Source: Spongospora subterranea f. sp. subterranea
Lineage: Eukaryota
Length of the DNA: 62,717 bases
Direction: 5' to 3'
NCBI GenBank assembly: GCA_049724395.1
Contig: JAUGWO010000098.1
Location: 1 to 62,717 of the forward strand
The position numbers were made by a program, and so were the translations under genes. This document shows, piece after piece, positions 36,821 through 49,759 of the stretch. Below the pieces are notes generated by a model. The model was given only the letters and a program-made list of their open reading frames with translations, was not told where the DNA came from and searched no databases. Each line of letters opens with the position of its first letter. Within the stretch, counting starts at the first letter, position 1.

Positions 36821-38693
36821 ATGGCCGATATATCATCGCTCAATGTCGAGCCGCCACCGACGCTCTCGCTGCTTACGACAGCGTTATCAGACCTTCGTGC
36901 CTCTGATCCCTCAATGCATGATCACCGCGTTTTGCTGCTTTCTGAAATCAAGCGACTCCACCGTGAACTGAACATGCACATGGAGCGAACGTACAACAAT
37001 ACGTTCGCAGCCAAACTTTCGCTAGATGCATTGGCGTTGCAGTATCAGAGTTTATTGAGAGAAAAAGAGTATGTGTTGAAGGAGATGCACATTTGCCGGG
37101 AAGGCATCAAATATGTTCAGCATGATCTGGTGGAGCTTGACGAATTCATGACCAATGCGCCGGAAGCGCTTCGTACGCAAGAGATTGTTGAAGATCCTCA
37201 TCGATTGCATTTGTCGAGATTAGTTTTCGAGGTATTTTACCATCACATATTCATCTGGCTCACGCCGAGTTCATCCAAAATTTTGCAGAGGCAGCAACGC
37301 CTGGCAATGACGGAGACCCTAAAGGCTTTGAGGCAAAAGAAGCAAGCGTTGATTACCTCGAACAATGAAAAACAGGCCTTACTGAAGTCCGTTGGCAGCC
37401 ATCTGGATAAAATATTAGCCGCATCCGCACCGTTACGAAAGCAGATTGGATTACCTCGTACGGTTCTCATTCCTGATGCAAAAGTACGATTCTATCTGGG
37501 TTTCGTTCCCCATCTTCTCTTAACCACGTATTTGCTTCAGCTATCCACATTATCAGAGCCACTCTACACATTGATGGTGTCGCTGTCGTCATATTCTAGT
37601 GCATTTAGCGATTCGCTTGTTGATTCTCGCATCGAGGAGAACGTATCGCCCTTCAGCGTTACTTGTGACAGTATCAACTTCGTTTGCGACCCAGCGGCTA
37701 TACACGTCACGATCAAGGATGCCAGCATCGCATCCGGATTAGATTTGAGTTTCAGCAGCGCGACACCTGGGCCAGTTGTCTTCGTTAGAGGTGGTGGCGA
37801 GCTTCTCGTGGACCTATACCCTCAGGATTCCGGAAATACGTTCCCTAATTCGATGGAATTGATCACCGATGTGCCGGCACGAATGAAGTATGGATTTTGT
37901 CAAGTTTTTGTATTTCAACTGATATGGGCCCTATGATCAGAGATTTCGCTGCCGTCGGCGTTCCTTATCGATGGGCTCAATCGATTTGCGGGATCCATAA
38001 TCACATAGGTCCCATTCCCTTAATCCGCAACGTCGTCTCGCTAATTCGGGAACGCATGCGATCTCATGTCCAACTTCAACGTCACATTGCGGCTTTAGGT
38101 TCCGACTAACAATATCGCACGACTGCTGTGTTATTTAAATTATTCGTTTTCGTAGAAGCGGGCGAAATAAAGATTCCAGTCAATGTGGCAAATAGGTTTC
38201 CATTAGCCGCTGTGTGCAGACTCTCTTCGTTCCGAGCAACACAGTCTCCACGTTTATTCGAAGCCGTGTTCGAACATCCATATGGGAATACGTCGATGGC
38301 TGCGTTCATTGACCTGTTATGGAACCACCCGGTTCGGTCCCCTTCTGCCCGCATCGTCATTGAAAGCAAGGACCCTACAGTTGCCCATGACAATGTGGCG
38401 TTCCTGATAGAGTCTGAGGTTAGTGGCTCTCCGATATTTAGGTTATTGCTAATGCTAAGCTCATTCTTCAGATTAAGCGGTATTTTAAAGCCAACACCAC
38501 TGTACAATCTGTATCCCTTCCGATATTTGTCCGTTTTCTCCAAATGTGTCTTGACATATCGATGTCCGCGATTTTCCCTAGCACAAACGGTGACGCTCGT
38601 TTATTTCTTCGTGCTCGACGTGGACGAGATCGACGGATTCCTTTCGAGTTTGACTCAGATATCAAATGCTTTTGCCATCATTTTAATTCTTAA
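36821..38693 (+). CDS. THOC5: THO complex subunit 5, multi-exon
   Basis: LDALALQYQSLLREKEYVLKEMHIC, LVELDEFMTNAP, DPHRLHLSRLVFE, LSEPLYTL, LYPQDSG, PYRWAQSICG, C-terminal RARRGRDRRIPF. Confidence 0.88.
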
Positions 38694-39162
38694 ACCTATT
38701 TTGTCTCATTAACCCCTCGTGGCAATCGTCGTGACCCGTTCACCTGGACACGTATATGTTTATCGAATCGACCCTATGCATTCGTCCGACCTTCGTTAAC
38801 GAGATATAGTCGACCATATCCGAGGCGCCATGATAATGGCGCCAGCGTAGCTAGTCTAGAGTCATTTGGTAACGTTAATGTCAATCAATCACAACAGTGG
38901 ACCCAACTCGTTACCATATCAATTGTCCACAACCGATGGACATGTCCCCCATAAAACGTTTTTAAAACCACGGAGTTTTTGCCCACAATAAACCGTTTTA
39001 TAGCCGTTTTATCCACAACTGTGAAACGCGAAAAATCTAAACTTTGTCACGCCGCAAGAGGAGGTGTACCCGCTACAGTGAGCAGTCAGGAGTACGGCCT
39101 GTTTCACGTTTCAGAGAGCAGCCACTGGGTTAGGAGACTGTGATTACTCGCACACTCGTTCA

Positions 39163-40539
39163 ATGTCATCACCAACATCGACATCTCGATTGCCCATCGC
39201 ACAGACCCGGTCGAGTTCCCGATCCCCATCGCGAGATGGGTTGGACTTGTCGAAAGCCGAGCAGGCACCCAGTGTCTGTCCGATGCGCGCATCGCGCTTT
39301 GCGAAGGTGTTAAGTGTCAATTCGGTTGATATGGGTACCGACAACAATTGTTTCCGTCGTTGGATCGGTAGTAATCGGGGGACCATCGTGGTTTAGATAC
39401 GCTGCGGAAATTAAGTTGGTCCGGGGTTTCGTCTGAGCAAAGAGCGACCGTTTGGCTGTTGATGCTCCAAGTTCTACCAGCTTCGTCGGATCAGTGGGCT
39501 GCGACCACACAGAAGAGATTAGCGTCATATCGGGATTTAGTTCGACAGTTTCCTTGTGACGCTGATGAATCCTCGCAAACTTCGCAGATGCAAGCGACTT
39601 TGAAACAAATTAGGAAGGATGTTCCTCGTACACAACCCGACATCCCACTATTCCAAACCCCACGCCTCCAAGAGATGATTCTGCGTATTTTGTATATCTG
39701 GTCTATCCGGCATCCTGCGACCGGGTATGTCCAAGGTTTGCGTCGTCTACCGGTCCTTGTTTTCCTTCTGAACTTCTGATATAGGGATTAACGATATGCT
39801 CACGCCTTTCATATTTGTCTTCTTGAGCGACGTGTTCTCAGGAAAATTCCAGGACGTTAAGATAGAGACAATCAACGACGATGGTTTTGAAATGATAGAA
39901 TCCAAATGTTTTTTTTGTCTCACCAAAGTCCTGGAAATGGTTCCGGACATGTATCTGTTTGGCCAACCAGGTAAAGACAAACGACGTTGATTATAACATC
40001 CAAATGTTAAGCTGACTGGATCAGGTATACAGAGAATGTTGTTCAGATTCGAGCAACTGATTAAGAGAATTGATGGTCGGTTCGTCTTTTTGTAGACCAT
40101 TTTATTGACTGTCGGCCCGAATTTGATACGCATATTTCCATAGCTGTTCTATATAAACATCTCACTGATCAAGGCGTGCAATTCATGCAGTTCGCATTCC
40201 GATGGATGAATTGCTTCTTGATTAGGGAATTACCACTAGAAGTTGTTGTTCGTTTTTGGGATTCATATATCGGAGACGAAAGCAACTCAGGTTTCACAAG
40301 TTTTCATGTTTACATCTCAGCTGCATTGTTAACGTTCTATGCACCTCATTTGAAAGTAGGTTGTTCAACAATGAAATATGCGTTTGTGGTGAATTTTGTT
40401 GTTGTAGACTCTCGAATTCCCAGATCTGCTTCTATTCCTGCAGGGTTTACCGACTAAAGAACTCTCGTTCAGGGATGTTGAATCAATTCTTTCACAGGGT
40501 TTCGTTTATCAATCCATATTCAATAACACTAAATTTTAA
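39163..40539 (+). CDS. TBC1D22: Rab-GAP of the TBC1D22/Gyp1 family, multi-exon
   Basis: LRKLSWSG, QIRKDVPRT (Arg finger), WSIRHPATGYVQGIND (Gln finger), FMQFAFRWMNCFLIRE, RFWDSY. Confidence 0.92.
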
Positions 40540-41066
40540 TTATTGTGAATATACATTTTCTATCTACCATCATGAGATCGATGCAGGAATGTTTCAGTCT
40601 ATTTACCGCTGGTGGTGGAACTGGCTACTAAAACTGTAATCAGCCTGCGAATACATTTAGTAGTTGCCGTTCGCATGGACTTTCGAACATGTCCGCTTTG
40701 TCACGAACTCATACTTTGGGCGACTTCAGAAGAAGAAAGTTTAAGTACTGTATCACCATGTAAGTTTAGTTTCATTCATCCAAGCAATTGCAGCTGTCTT
40801 CCCACATTAAGTTAGCGCAAGATCAGGTGCGACGGCTTTCAAGCAAACCGTGTGTAGTCTTGATTTCGAGAGGCTCTGAGAACAGGGCGAATACTCTCAA
40901 TATCGATGAGAATGTTTGTTGATTGATACCTACAGATACCTTGGGTCAGCTACATCGCGGTTGGCGTCTTTGTCATTGAACACGTCAAGAAATAATGAGA
41001 AAGATGGAATTTGTCAATTTATTGACCGATAAATGGAATATATGGACATTGCAACTCAACGTAGTG

Positions 41067-43535
41067 TCACTGGAATGCATCCGCCATAGGATACAAATGA
41101 CGAGCTACGTCAGTAAACTTAGCTAGAGAGCTGGGATATCGTGCCGTCACCAGCGATTGGGCCTTAACAAGCGACTTTAACGAAGGTCTATCAACAGAGT
41201 CGTTTGGCAATAACAACGACAGGATGACGTCGTCTGAGGAGTCATGCGACGAAGAAGCCAATATCAGGTCAACGGCATGAACGCGAAGTTCATAAATCGA
41301 TGATGCACGGTATTTGGATATCAATTCTTCAAGATATTGGTCGAACGTTGAACAACGTGATGCGAACAGATCTGGAATCTCGGATGAGACTACTTGGCGA
41401 ACTATCGGATCAGATGGAGATGTCAAAGCTTGATTCGAGAAGAAGTTGGTGAGCGCCAATTGGAATTGAAGGTCTTCGTAAGCGTTGGGAAGACTTGCCG
41501 CCTGCATAAGAGAATGCAGAACTCGCAGCGGTAAATTAAGATATGAGTACACTCGAGAGGCTAGAATATATGAGGAGATCTCGTTGGAAGAGCACATCTG
41601 CAGTCGGCGAACGTGAACGAGAGCCTGTCGAAGAGGGTCTTTACAATTGACTAAATTGTAACCGTTGGGATCAAGATCTTTGGCATCAACTCCATTAGCC
41701 GCTGCATTCGCACCAGCCAGCGCCTTATTCTGTGCCCTCCGTGCTTTGGCGTTCTGTCGCTTGAGCTGTGCAGCAGCTTCGCTGTTGTCCGCAGGTTGAG
41801 TTGATTTATCGGCAGTTGATCCGATACTGTTGGGAGCTGAACGAACAGACTGCTCATAGAGCTCTATGTAGAGGGACACAGAATTTCGAGAAGCACGAGC
41901 TGAGAATCTATGACTTCGAAGTGAGTCCTCCCAGTTCAGCATGGCCACATAAGAGCACAATGTTTGACGGCGAAGACAATACATGTGGAAATCAAACTGG
42001 TCATCGGCGATATCATTGAAATGAGTGCCGATTTGATCGAATTTCTTCAGAGCAGGACCGTATGACTTTTCTCGAGCGTAAGCCTCGCCGAGGGCGACCT
42101 CATACCACATGCATTGCATGTCATATAGAGAAATGATCGTATCGCCATCTCGAAGGAATAGAGAAACAACCCGATCCGCTTCAGCCAGTTTGCCAGCACG
42201 CAGAGCGTATTTAACTGTCTTGGTGTTCAAAAACCGATCCTGCAAATCCATGCAGCGGGCTTGATCAACCACGACATGCGCTTGGACATGGGCACCCAAA
42301 TGCTTCAAAATCTTGCCCCTCATCAACAGGCAATCAATGATATCGCGAGAATTCTCCCCTAACGTCTCTAGAGCGCGATCTATAGCAGAGAGAGCGGATG
42401 GATGATTACCAATATGGTCATGATGTTGGGCGGAGAGCAGAAGAGAGTGAGTCGTGCTGGGATGATGGTCAATGCACCTTTCAATAACCGCAGAAAGAAC
42501 ATCGCGCTTCAATTGATCGGCGTACAAACTTCGTAGGCATTTGAACAACGATGGTTGAGAAGCAGATAAACCATTTTCGATATACTGACTGACAAGCGAT
42601 TCGAAAACAACTCGATCCGAAGTAACGCTGAGGGGAAGAACCTTGGGCAAAACCGCCGATGGATGTGAATTACCAAGGTCCTTGTAGAATGACATCAGTT
42701 CATTCTCAGTTAGTTGACTCGAAGTACGAAAACCTTGATGATAGGCGGCATTGTCGGGATTGTTCTCAATCAACTGTCGGTAGATGACCGTTGCCTGATC
42801 AAAAATACCCCGCCTCAACAAGAGCCCAGCTTCCCTCTCGTCCAAGGCAAGCACGTCAACAACGTATGGGCGAGCTTCACGGCAACACTGAAGAGCATCG
42901 TCAACCAAGTCTTCATCACTCATGATCTGCAGCTGAAATAAGATCATCTCACTATAATCATACGACCGATCACGATCCAGAGTCCCTTGATACGCCTTCA
43001 GAATCGCCAGTGCTCGACCCCGATGTTCGGCAAGACATGCTGCGACGCTGTACGCCAGCCAATTCTGTCTTTGAGAAGGTTGCAGAACAAGGAGACGCCT
43101 ACGAGTTTCCTCATATCCGGCAAGATCCCTAATCTGAACCTGGAGCAGACTCAAATCTCGCAGGATCTGAACGTTGTCGTTATCCAATCTCAACGCTTGC
43201 AGATACGCTTTGATAGCCGACGCGTATTCCGTCGCCGCGCGATGGTAAAGTCCAAGAACATGCCAACAGACATGAGACTGCATATTGAGCATAAGACCGC
43301 GTTTGATCATGGCCAACGCTTGTTGCTGATGTTCGGGGCCGGTTCCCATGCAATTACTGATCAAACCTTTCATCGCGAGAGTCTCGCCATGTTCACCGTG
43401 CGATTTCAGAATCTGATCAGCGGCTCTAATACCTTTTTTATATTGTTTCGTCTCATAACAGCGAACGACTTGCTTGAATGTGATAGCATGACGAGCCGCC
43501 AGAGTTTGGGACGCCGATGGCGCTTTACGAGACAT
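41067..43535 (-). CDS. NAA15: N-alpha-acetyltransferase 15 (NatA auxiliary subunit), intronless
   Basis: FKQVVRCYETKQYKKG, EHGETLAMKGL, SHVCWHVLGL, QILRDLSLLQVQIRD, DLQDRFLNTK, DMQCMWY, DDQFDFHMYCLR. Confidence 0.97.
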   Translation of the reverse strand: MSRKAPSASQTLAARHAITFKQVVRCYETKQYKKGIRAADQILKSHGEHGETLAMKGLISNCMGTGPEHQQQALAMIKRGLMLNMQSHVCWHVLGLYHRAATEYASAIKAYLQALRLDNDNVQILRDLSLLQVQIRDLAGYEETRRRLLVLQPSQRQNWLAYSVAACLAEHRGRALAILKAYQGTLDRDRSYDYSEMILFQLQIMSDEDLVDDALQCCREARPYVVDVLALDEREAGLLLRRGIFDQATVIYRQLIENNPDNAAYHQGFRTSSQLTENELMSFYKDLGNSHPSAVLPKVLPLSVTSDRVVFESLVSQYIENGLSASQPSLFKCLRSLYADQLKRDVLSAVIERCIDHHPSTTHSLLLSAQHHDHIGNHPSALSAIDRALETLGENSRDIIDCLLMRGKILKHLGAHVQAHVVVDQARCMDLQDRFLNTKTVKYALRAGKLAEADRVVSLFLRDGDTIISLYDMQCMWYEVALGEAYAREKSYGPALKKFDQIGTHFNDIADDQFDFHMYCLRRQTLCSYVAMLNWEDSLRSHRFSARASRNSVSLYIELYEQSVRSAPNSIGSTADKSTQPADNSEAAAQLKRQNAKARRAQNKALAGANAAANGVDAKDLDPNGYNLVNCKDPLRQALVHVRRLQMCSSNEISSYILASRVYSYLNLPLRVLHSLMQAASLPNAYEDLQFQLALTNFFSNQALTSPSDPIVRQVVSSEIPDLFASRCSTFDQYLEELISKYRASSIYELRVHAVDLILASSSHDSSDDVILSLLLPNDSVDRPSLKSLVKAQSLVTARYPSSLAKFTDVARHLYPMADAFQ

Positions 43536-44579
43536 GGCGTATGACCCGGAGGAAAATTTTCCTCGACGGCTAGGTAAAGTATGTAGCTCTACCTGTCAAC
43601 GATCAGCTGCTGGGTTAACGGCAGCGGTCGACACGAAGATGATGATCAAGCTGTTGATCGAACGATTATCTGGTAATGAGGACGATGACTGATGAAGTGC
43701 GCGACGGAGGTCTCGGTTTCCGCCTGTTACTGTAATGTACCCCCCTTCACGACCAGCAATGCACAAGGGGGGAGAGGGAACCTCCAGGGTGTGGGACATG
43801 GATACACTGGAGTGGGACGTATTTTTTTTTTTACACTTGTAGTGGCAGGTAGATACTCTGATGAAGGTTACACCCGACGTGGCCTGAAGACCTCTTTCGT
43901 AAAAACTGGCGTTTTCACCAGAAACCTACAGTACTTCCCAAAGCAAAATGGAAAACAATGCAAAAATACCTTGTTTGTCCTTCTCTCTGACATCCACAGC
44001 ACGCCTCCAGATTTGCGAAACCCGACCGATGGAATGGAGTTGTTGTTCACCTAAGACTTAGGGTTCCAGATGGCGCTTCGGAATTGCGACCAGACCTGAC
44101 TGCCACAAGTCATGTGGTCTGCTCTGGACTTGTGGGTGTCCTTATTAACAGAAGCTTGAGAAGCATAGTGATAAGGTTGAAGTTTTGCTTGTGTATTGAA
44201 TTTCAATGACCAAGATCTCTTCCTCACGATAATAGGGAACTTGCCAAACGAATATAGTCCATTTAGAAACAATACTGTATGGCCCCGAAGAACGGAAGAC
44301 GTATCCTATTAAGAACAATTACTGATGTCATTCGTCAACAGCAATCCGAGCACCAACGACCCCCCAGATGGCCACTCCACCACACGCCAATAACATGCAC
44401 CAACTGCAACATTTAAGGGCATAATCATAAGCGATTGCCGTTGCACTCAATCACCGATACAACAAGTGCAAGGTGGTACTTCGAGAGGCGATGCCGATTG
44501 AAACCGAATCGCGACACCGACAGAAGCGCGTTCGGGAACGGGAGGAACGAAGAGCGTTCGCTTTGCATTCCATACACTA

Positions 44580-45010
44580 GTGAGCGCCATATTGACGCAT
44601 CTCGATCGTGGATGGTCGACACCGGAGCCACATTATCTCCAAGCCCGAACATCATATCCACAAAAGGGCGACCCCAACGAGATTGCCAATGGAAATACGA
44701 TGCCAGTACTCGGCCACAGCAGTGTCGCGTTGGGGATCGCCCTCAGTACAGTAATATCAGTCCCGACCGCGACGCGCAACCTGTTGTCAATCGGCAAAGC
44801 ATGTGAAGAAGGAGAGATCAACCAGGCGGTGTCCAACATCAACGGATTCGACGGTAAATGATGGCAGCAGGAGATCGGTCGTTTATACACCCCTCATCAA
44901 AATGAAATCACGACTAGACATACGCCGCATCAGCCATCGACTGGCACGACAGAATCGCACACTCGGGATATCACCGTATGAACTTTGGATGGGACGAAGT
45001 CTGACGTCAG
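44580..45010 (+). mobile_element. Copia gag-pol remnant (protease region and integrase tail)
   Basis: WMVDTGAT, IANGNTMPVLG, VISVPTATRNLLSIGK, ISPYELWMG. Confidence 0.75.
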
Positions 45011-46287
45011 TCTCCTTGTCGCAATGCCGACATATTTCCTTGTTTTCCCATTTTGCGTTGGGGAGCAGGTTTTTGGTGAAAAAACCAGTATTCCTTCCCC
45101 GTACGGTGATATCCTGTCAATAAGTGTGCTTCGAGCAATAACAGTTTTATCAACGGATAGCACTACTATCATGATTCCCAGTTTTATACGCAACATCGCT
45201 GCTGGCTATTCCCCATCTGTCCACAGGTACTTTCGTCTGCCTGTTGAATGAGGAAATCTGGAATGTGGATTGTTGTCAAAGCCAGGGAAATCTTTGTTTA
45301 CGGAGTCTGAGCCTTCTTTTCGAAATCCGTTTAAAAAAAATTGTCGTCCAATTGGGGATCTCGACTTGCGAACTGCTTTCGCAATGTGGGGTCAAACAGT
45401 AAAAAAAGCGTAAGTTCTGTGCATAGCCGATGAGGATGAGTTTGTGGTCGGAATTGTATCTTTGTCAGCTTCATGTGTTGAACCCGTCTCTAAGCAACAC
45501 ACCCGAATGTTCGCAAGTAGTAGAGAATGGGCGGCAGAGTAGGGTGAGGCGGTGAAGCCCACGGAAAGCACCGTTCGTGGAGCTTCGGATATGAAGGCCA
45601 TATCCGTCAATGATTTTTCTGGACGGCACAGGTTGCAGTCCGACGGCCTCGCTCTACTACTCTGCCGGAACGAGTTATTTTTTACGAGTTTTGTTCAAAA
45701 CGAACATCCGGATGCGTTGCCTACAGACTTGCTTTAACTCAGGGAGTGGCACAAGATACAATACCGAGCACTGACACTAATCCACATCGGTTATACACAG
45801 AATTTAAAAGCTTACTTGTTGAGCTGTGTTTGGACCAAATAGAACACAGAGATCGGCTTACCTTGACCGCATACCGACCAGATCCTCGAAAGGTCAACCT
45901 ACCGCTTGATTAACGTTGTTGCGTTGTTAACCGCTTGATTGTCACGCGACAAACGCATCGGATGTATTTTCAACTCGCAATGCCACATCGTTGTTCAAGT
46001 ACGAGCAAGGATTTTCATCGCAGGAACCGTCTCACCTCCGCTATTGAATTCGTTGAGAACATTTAGGGGCGCGGAGCCTAAGTGAACTCTACAACAGCAT
46101 TACATTCGTTGTCAGTCCCTGAACTATAGACAACCAAGTAATGTTTCATGAACTTCGACGACAACATTAGAGCCACTCGCCTTATGAAATGGCTCAATTT
46201 TCGCCAGAAATATCTGCACATTTGCGCCATATTTTCACTGTTGCCGACTCCCGCCAATCAACGACAGAATGATCTTTAATGTTGATT

Positions 46288-47497
46288 TTATTGTTCATCA
46301 TCAGACCCGATCGGCTCATCATCGGCATCGTCTTCCTCATCGTCGGTATCCTCCTCGTCTTCCTCCTGGTCCTCATCTTCGGTTTCCGTGTTCGACTCGC
46401 TGGCGATTGAGCCGGATTTTCTTCGGGGTCCGTTTCCCAGACGAATCTGTTCCAGATTCTCCAGCACCGAACACGCTTTGATGAACGTGATATGGTTGAC
46501 GGGCGGCGTGTCCCTCAAATCTAACGTCCTGAGCAGCGGGCAACATTGAGAAACTATGGTGATATCGACCACCGACGTTGCTCGTAAATTGAGATATTGC
46601 AAACGTGAACACGAACTCAACGGTGACACTAAGAATTTTCATCAATTTGAATTATTGGTGACCTATATGCTGTTACAAACCGTCGGCCAAATCAGTGCAC
46701 TGGCAACAATCCAGAGTTTCGAGGTTGATGAGATTCTCAAGTGGCTTGATATCGGTTAACGTCGTCCAACAGCGCAAAGAGAGGATGGTCAAGTTGACGA
46801 GCGGCGAAATCCATCTGATGTCGTTGTCGTCGTCGCGTACGGCGACGTTCAGCTCCGTCAGCCACACGCATCGCGACAGGGCCGACAGCGATATCGGGCT
46901 GATCAGATCGGCGATATGCAGCTCGCGAAGCGGATGGATGGTGGCGATGAAGTCCAGGCTGGGAATACTGGTTCGCGACAGGTTCAACGCCACCAGATTG
47001 GGAATTGCCGTCAATATGTCGACTTGCGTCACCTCCAGCTCGTCGTCAGCGACGAAATTGACCAACGGGCAGGTCGGGACGTTGTAGAGATATCGAACTT
47101 CCAGTAAATCTCCCGCGTAGACGTTGAGGTTCCGGATCTTGGGCAAATTGCACACTTGGGCAAGGGAATCGAATCGGCCTCGAAGGTATTGCAGAGTTTT
47201 CCCGAACAACTCCACGATCTGCGATAAAGACACAGGCAATTCCGTGTAGATATCGATCGACCGGATGCAGTTTCGCTTGCCGAGGAACGGGTTGGCGATT
47301 CGATGGAAATTCTCCGCCCCAAAATCGTACTGAATGAGCAGATTCTGGACATGGAACAGGCTCTGGGCCCAGTGCCGGCTGACCAGGATGGGACTGGTGA
47401 TGATCAGATCGTATTGGAGGTAATCAAGGCATCGGCCAAGGATCGGCAGCGGCAACAGCGACGCCACCGTCCCGCCCGCTGCCAATGGCTCGTCCAT
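46288..47497 (-). CDS. F-box/LRR protein with acidic tail (2 exons)
   Basis: F-box-like LLPLPILGRCLDYL...LVSRHW; LRRs LVALNLSRT, LTILSLRCW, LETLDCCQC, LQYLNLRAT; intron ~46630-46681; D/E-rich C-terminus. Confidence 0.82.
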
Positions 47498-48219
47498 ATC
47501 GCGTGATAAAATGGTCCTGGAGAATATCGCCCACCCTGAATTCTCTGCAGTTGCCACACACAGACATAGCTGGCACTTGGTCGGCCGTGTGACTGACTGG
47601 TCCCCGTTGACATGGGCTTACAGTCGCAATTGGTAATTGACCAATTCGTTACAAGTGTTGATTGCCGCTTCATCTGACAGACACTCGTCCACTCATTAGA
47701 AGTGCTCAGTCATTTTCGGTTCAAGTTTCTCATCTTGTGGAGATTTTTCTGACCAAAAAACGTTGTTTTCGATAATATATCAGCGAGTCGAGTTCGTGTG
47801 TAGTTAAAGAGTACGTGAACCTTGAGAAAGCAAATGCAGGATCGTCCTCTGCGGTAGTTTAATTTCTGATTTTGTGCCGGTATAAGCGGTCACCGGATAT
47901 CTCGTCCAAGCCGCCATATGTCAGGACAGGACGAACGCGGACCCTCAACCACAGATCGCCAGATCTGATTATCAGCACTGTTTAATACACACTTGTTTCC
48001 CCAATTCAGATGCACCTGACTATACCAGCCCAACCCCAGTTCCCCAACCAGATCACACAGTTTGATTCACGAACTACACCACAAAGAGTTCGGAACATGT
48101 TCGGAGTCCGGAATATCGGTATGGTGAAGATTCCTTTCGGGAGCGATATAATGGCGAGAAAATCTAAAACTAAAGGTTGGTTAACATAAGAGAAACTTTT
48201 AATCGGTAGTGATGAAAAC

Positions 48220-48766
48220 AGAGTCCGCGTACGACGAAGCCGCCATCGTGCAAGAATAGCTGGCGAGCATGCGAGCAGAGCAGGAGCGGCGCTGGTAAAG
48301 CGCTCACTACCAGCACCCTCGGAAGCGGCCGCGGTTCAGGCGGTGGAGGCGGGGCCAGATGTCAAGGCGACGCGGGAACGGCCGAGCCTTCATCAGACGC
48401 AACGGATCCCAGTCCGCACAGGGCAGTTTAACCCACCGAAGTTGGCGACATCACTGCGAACCCGTGGAGAGCGACAGAGGTTGATACAGCGGTCATGTGG
48501 ATCAACATGGCTATCTTGACGATTCGCGGCTCGAGTACGAAGATCGGCGAGACGTCGAGATCTGGATTCGCACGCGGATCGGGCATAAATCGCTCGTAAA
48601 GTTGGTCGCGTCCGCTGAGCGAATGCTTCCGGACGACCCGTACCAAGAGGTGCTCTTGTATGCGCGCGAACGGATTCAGGGATCGTTGGAACAGGAGGAT
48701 GGGAATCGGTGGATGGAGGCCGCTTTGGCCGTCCACCAACGACCGGATGTTCCTCTAGCGGCTTGA
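48220..48766 (+). mobile_element. GC-rich degenerate ORF, possibly a retroelement gag fragment
   Basis: GQFNPPKL and WMEAALAVHQRPD resemble gag motifs; stops present; no decisive motif. Confidence 0.3.
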
Positions 48767-49049
48767 AACAACGATCAATGAACTGCAGGCCAATCTGCCA
48801 GGGCAAGCGACAATCGAGTTAAATACTGGTCTACCGAGCAAGCAAGGTGGCCAAAACCCGGGACATGCTGGAAACCACCTATTTGTTCACGATAGAGCAC
48901 GCGATCTGCCAGTCGAGGAGCGACTGCGGTTTTTGCATTCCTGTCTATACAAGGAACGGCTGCGCGAGCAACGCGCTGGACGCCGCCCGACGAACGCCAA
49001 GACAATAGGAGCGGCAGCGACCGGCCAGCCAAAAGTAGTATCGGCGACT

Positions 49050-49375
49050 CGCAGATAAACTCGCACATTCGTCTGTGGGTAACTGACGTTTTCCTTTCGA
49101 TAATATTATGTAATAAACCCAGGTCCATGTTAGTATACAAGGATGAAACGTCGCAGGTGACGAGATAAGAATAAGTACCATAGTTAATGCCTTCAATAGT
49201 GTCGATCACCTGCTGCGAATTTTTCAAAGTGTAGTTGCATTGATAATCTGAATGTAGAAGAACGTCAAGAAGGATGCTGAGAGGAGCTGTGATCCAATTG
49301 GCCGCTCCGACTATAGGTCTTCCGGTTTTTCCAGGTTTGTGTAACTTTGGAAGAACATGAAATGCAGGGAACGTA
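49050..49375 (-). mobile_element. Penelope-like element reverse transcriptase fragment
   Basis: FHVLPKLHKPGKTGRPIVG, TAPLS, LKNS, LVTCDVSSLYTNM are diagnostic PLE RT motifs. Confidence 0.9.
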
Positions 49376-49755
49376 TACGTTTGGAAATGCGTCTTGTCGA
49401 AATACATTCCGAAGTTGTCGCAAGGCCCATCTATAATCCTGTTCGGTTTCACTTCTCATAAACACGAAGCAGATTGAAAAAGACATGTTAACCGGCGGAG
49501 TGACGCCGACAACGTGCAGTGAAGGCATCCGAAAACTAAAAGAACGGTTGAGTTTTAGCGGGAGAAGCAGGTGAGAACGGTATGGTGATATTGTCTCGTC
49601 AGTTTGATCGAAGACGACGGTGCGAAGAAGAGATGAGTTATACGACGGTGATCGTCGTATCGGTAAGCATGCAATACATTATCTGTGATTAACTGGTCCA
49701 GTAATGCCTCAATGGGGCTTCTTCCTGATAATTCTGATGTCCTTATTCGCTTGAC
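49376..49755 (-). mobile_element. Mutator-like (MULE/FAR1-type) transposase fragment
   Basis: GRSPIEALLDQL...RITHLFFAP, MPSLHVVGVT..NMSFSICFVFMRSETEQDYRWAL. Confidence 0.85.
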
Positions 49756-49759
49756 CGTA

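Noticed and set aside
39009..39017. DnaA-box-like TTATCCACA
   Set aside because: Single 9-mer in eukaryotic intergenic DNA
40675..40922. Small CxxC two-exon ORF (MDFRTCPLCHE...)
   Set aside because: About 65 aa with no other support; may be chance in a UTR-sized gap
43857..43895. Hammerhead ribozyme or SECIS (CTGATGA-stem-GAAG)
   Set aside because: Lacks the GAAA core and convincing stems I and III; the stem is too short and has no AAR loop for SECIS
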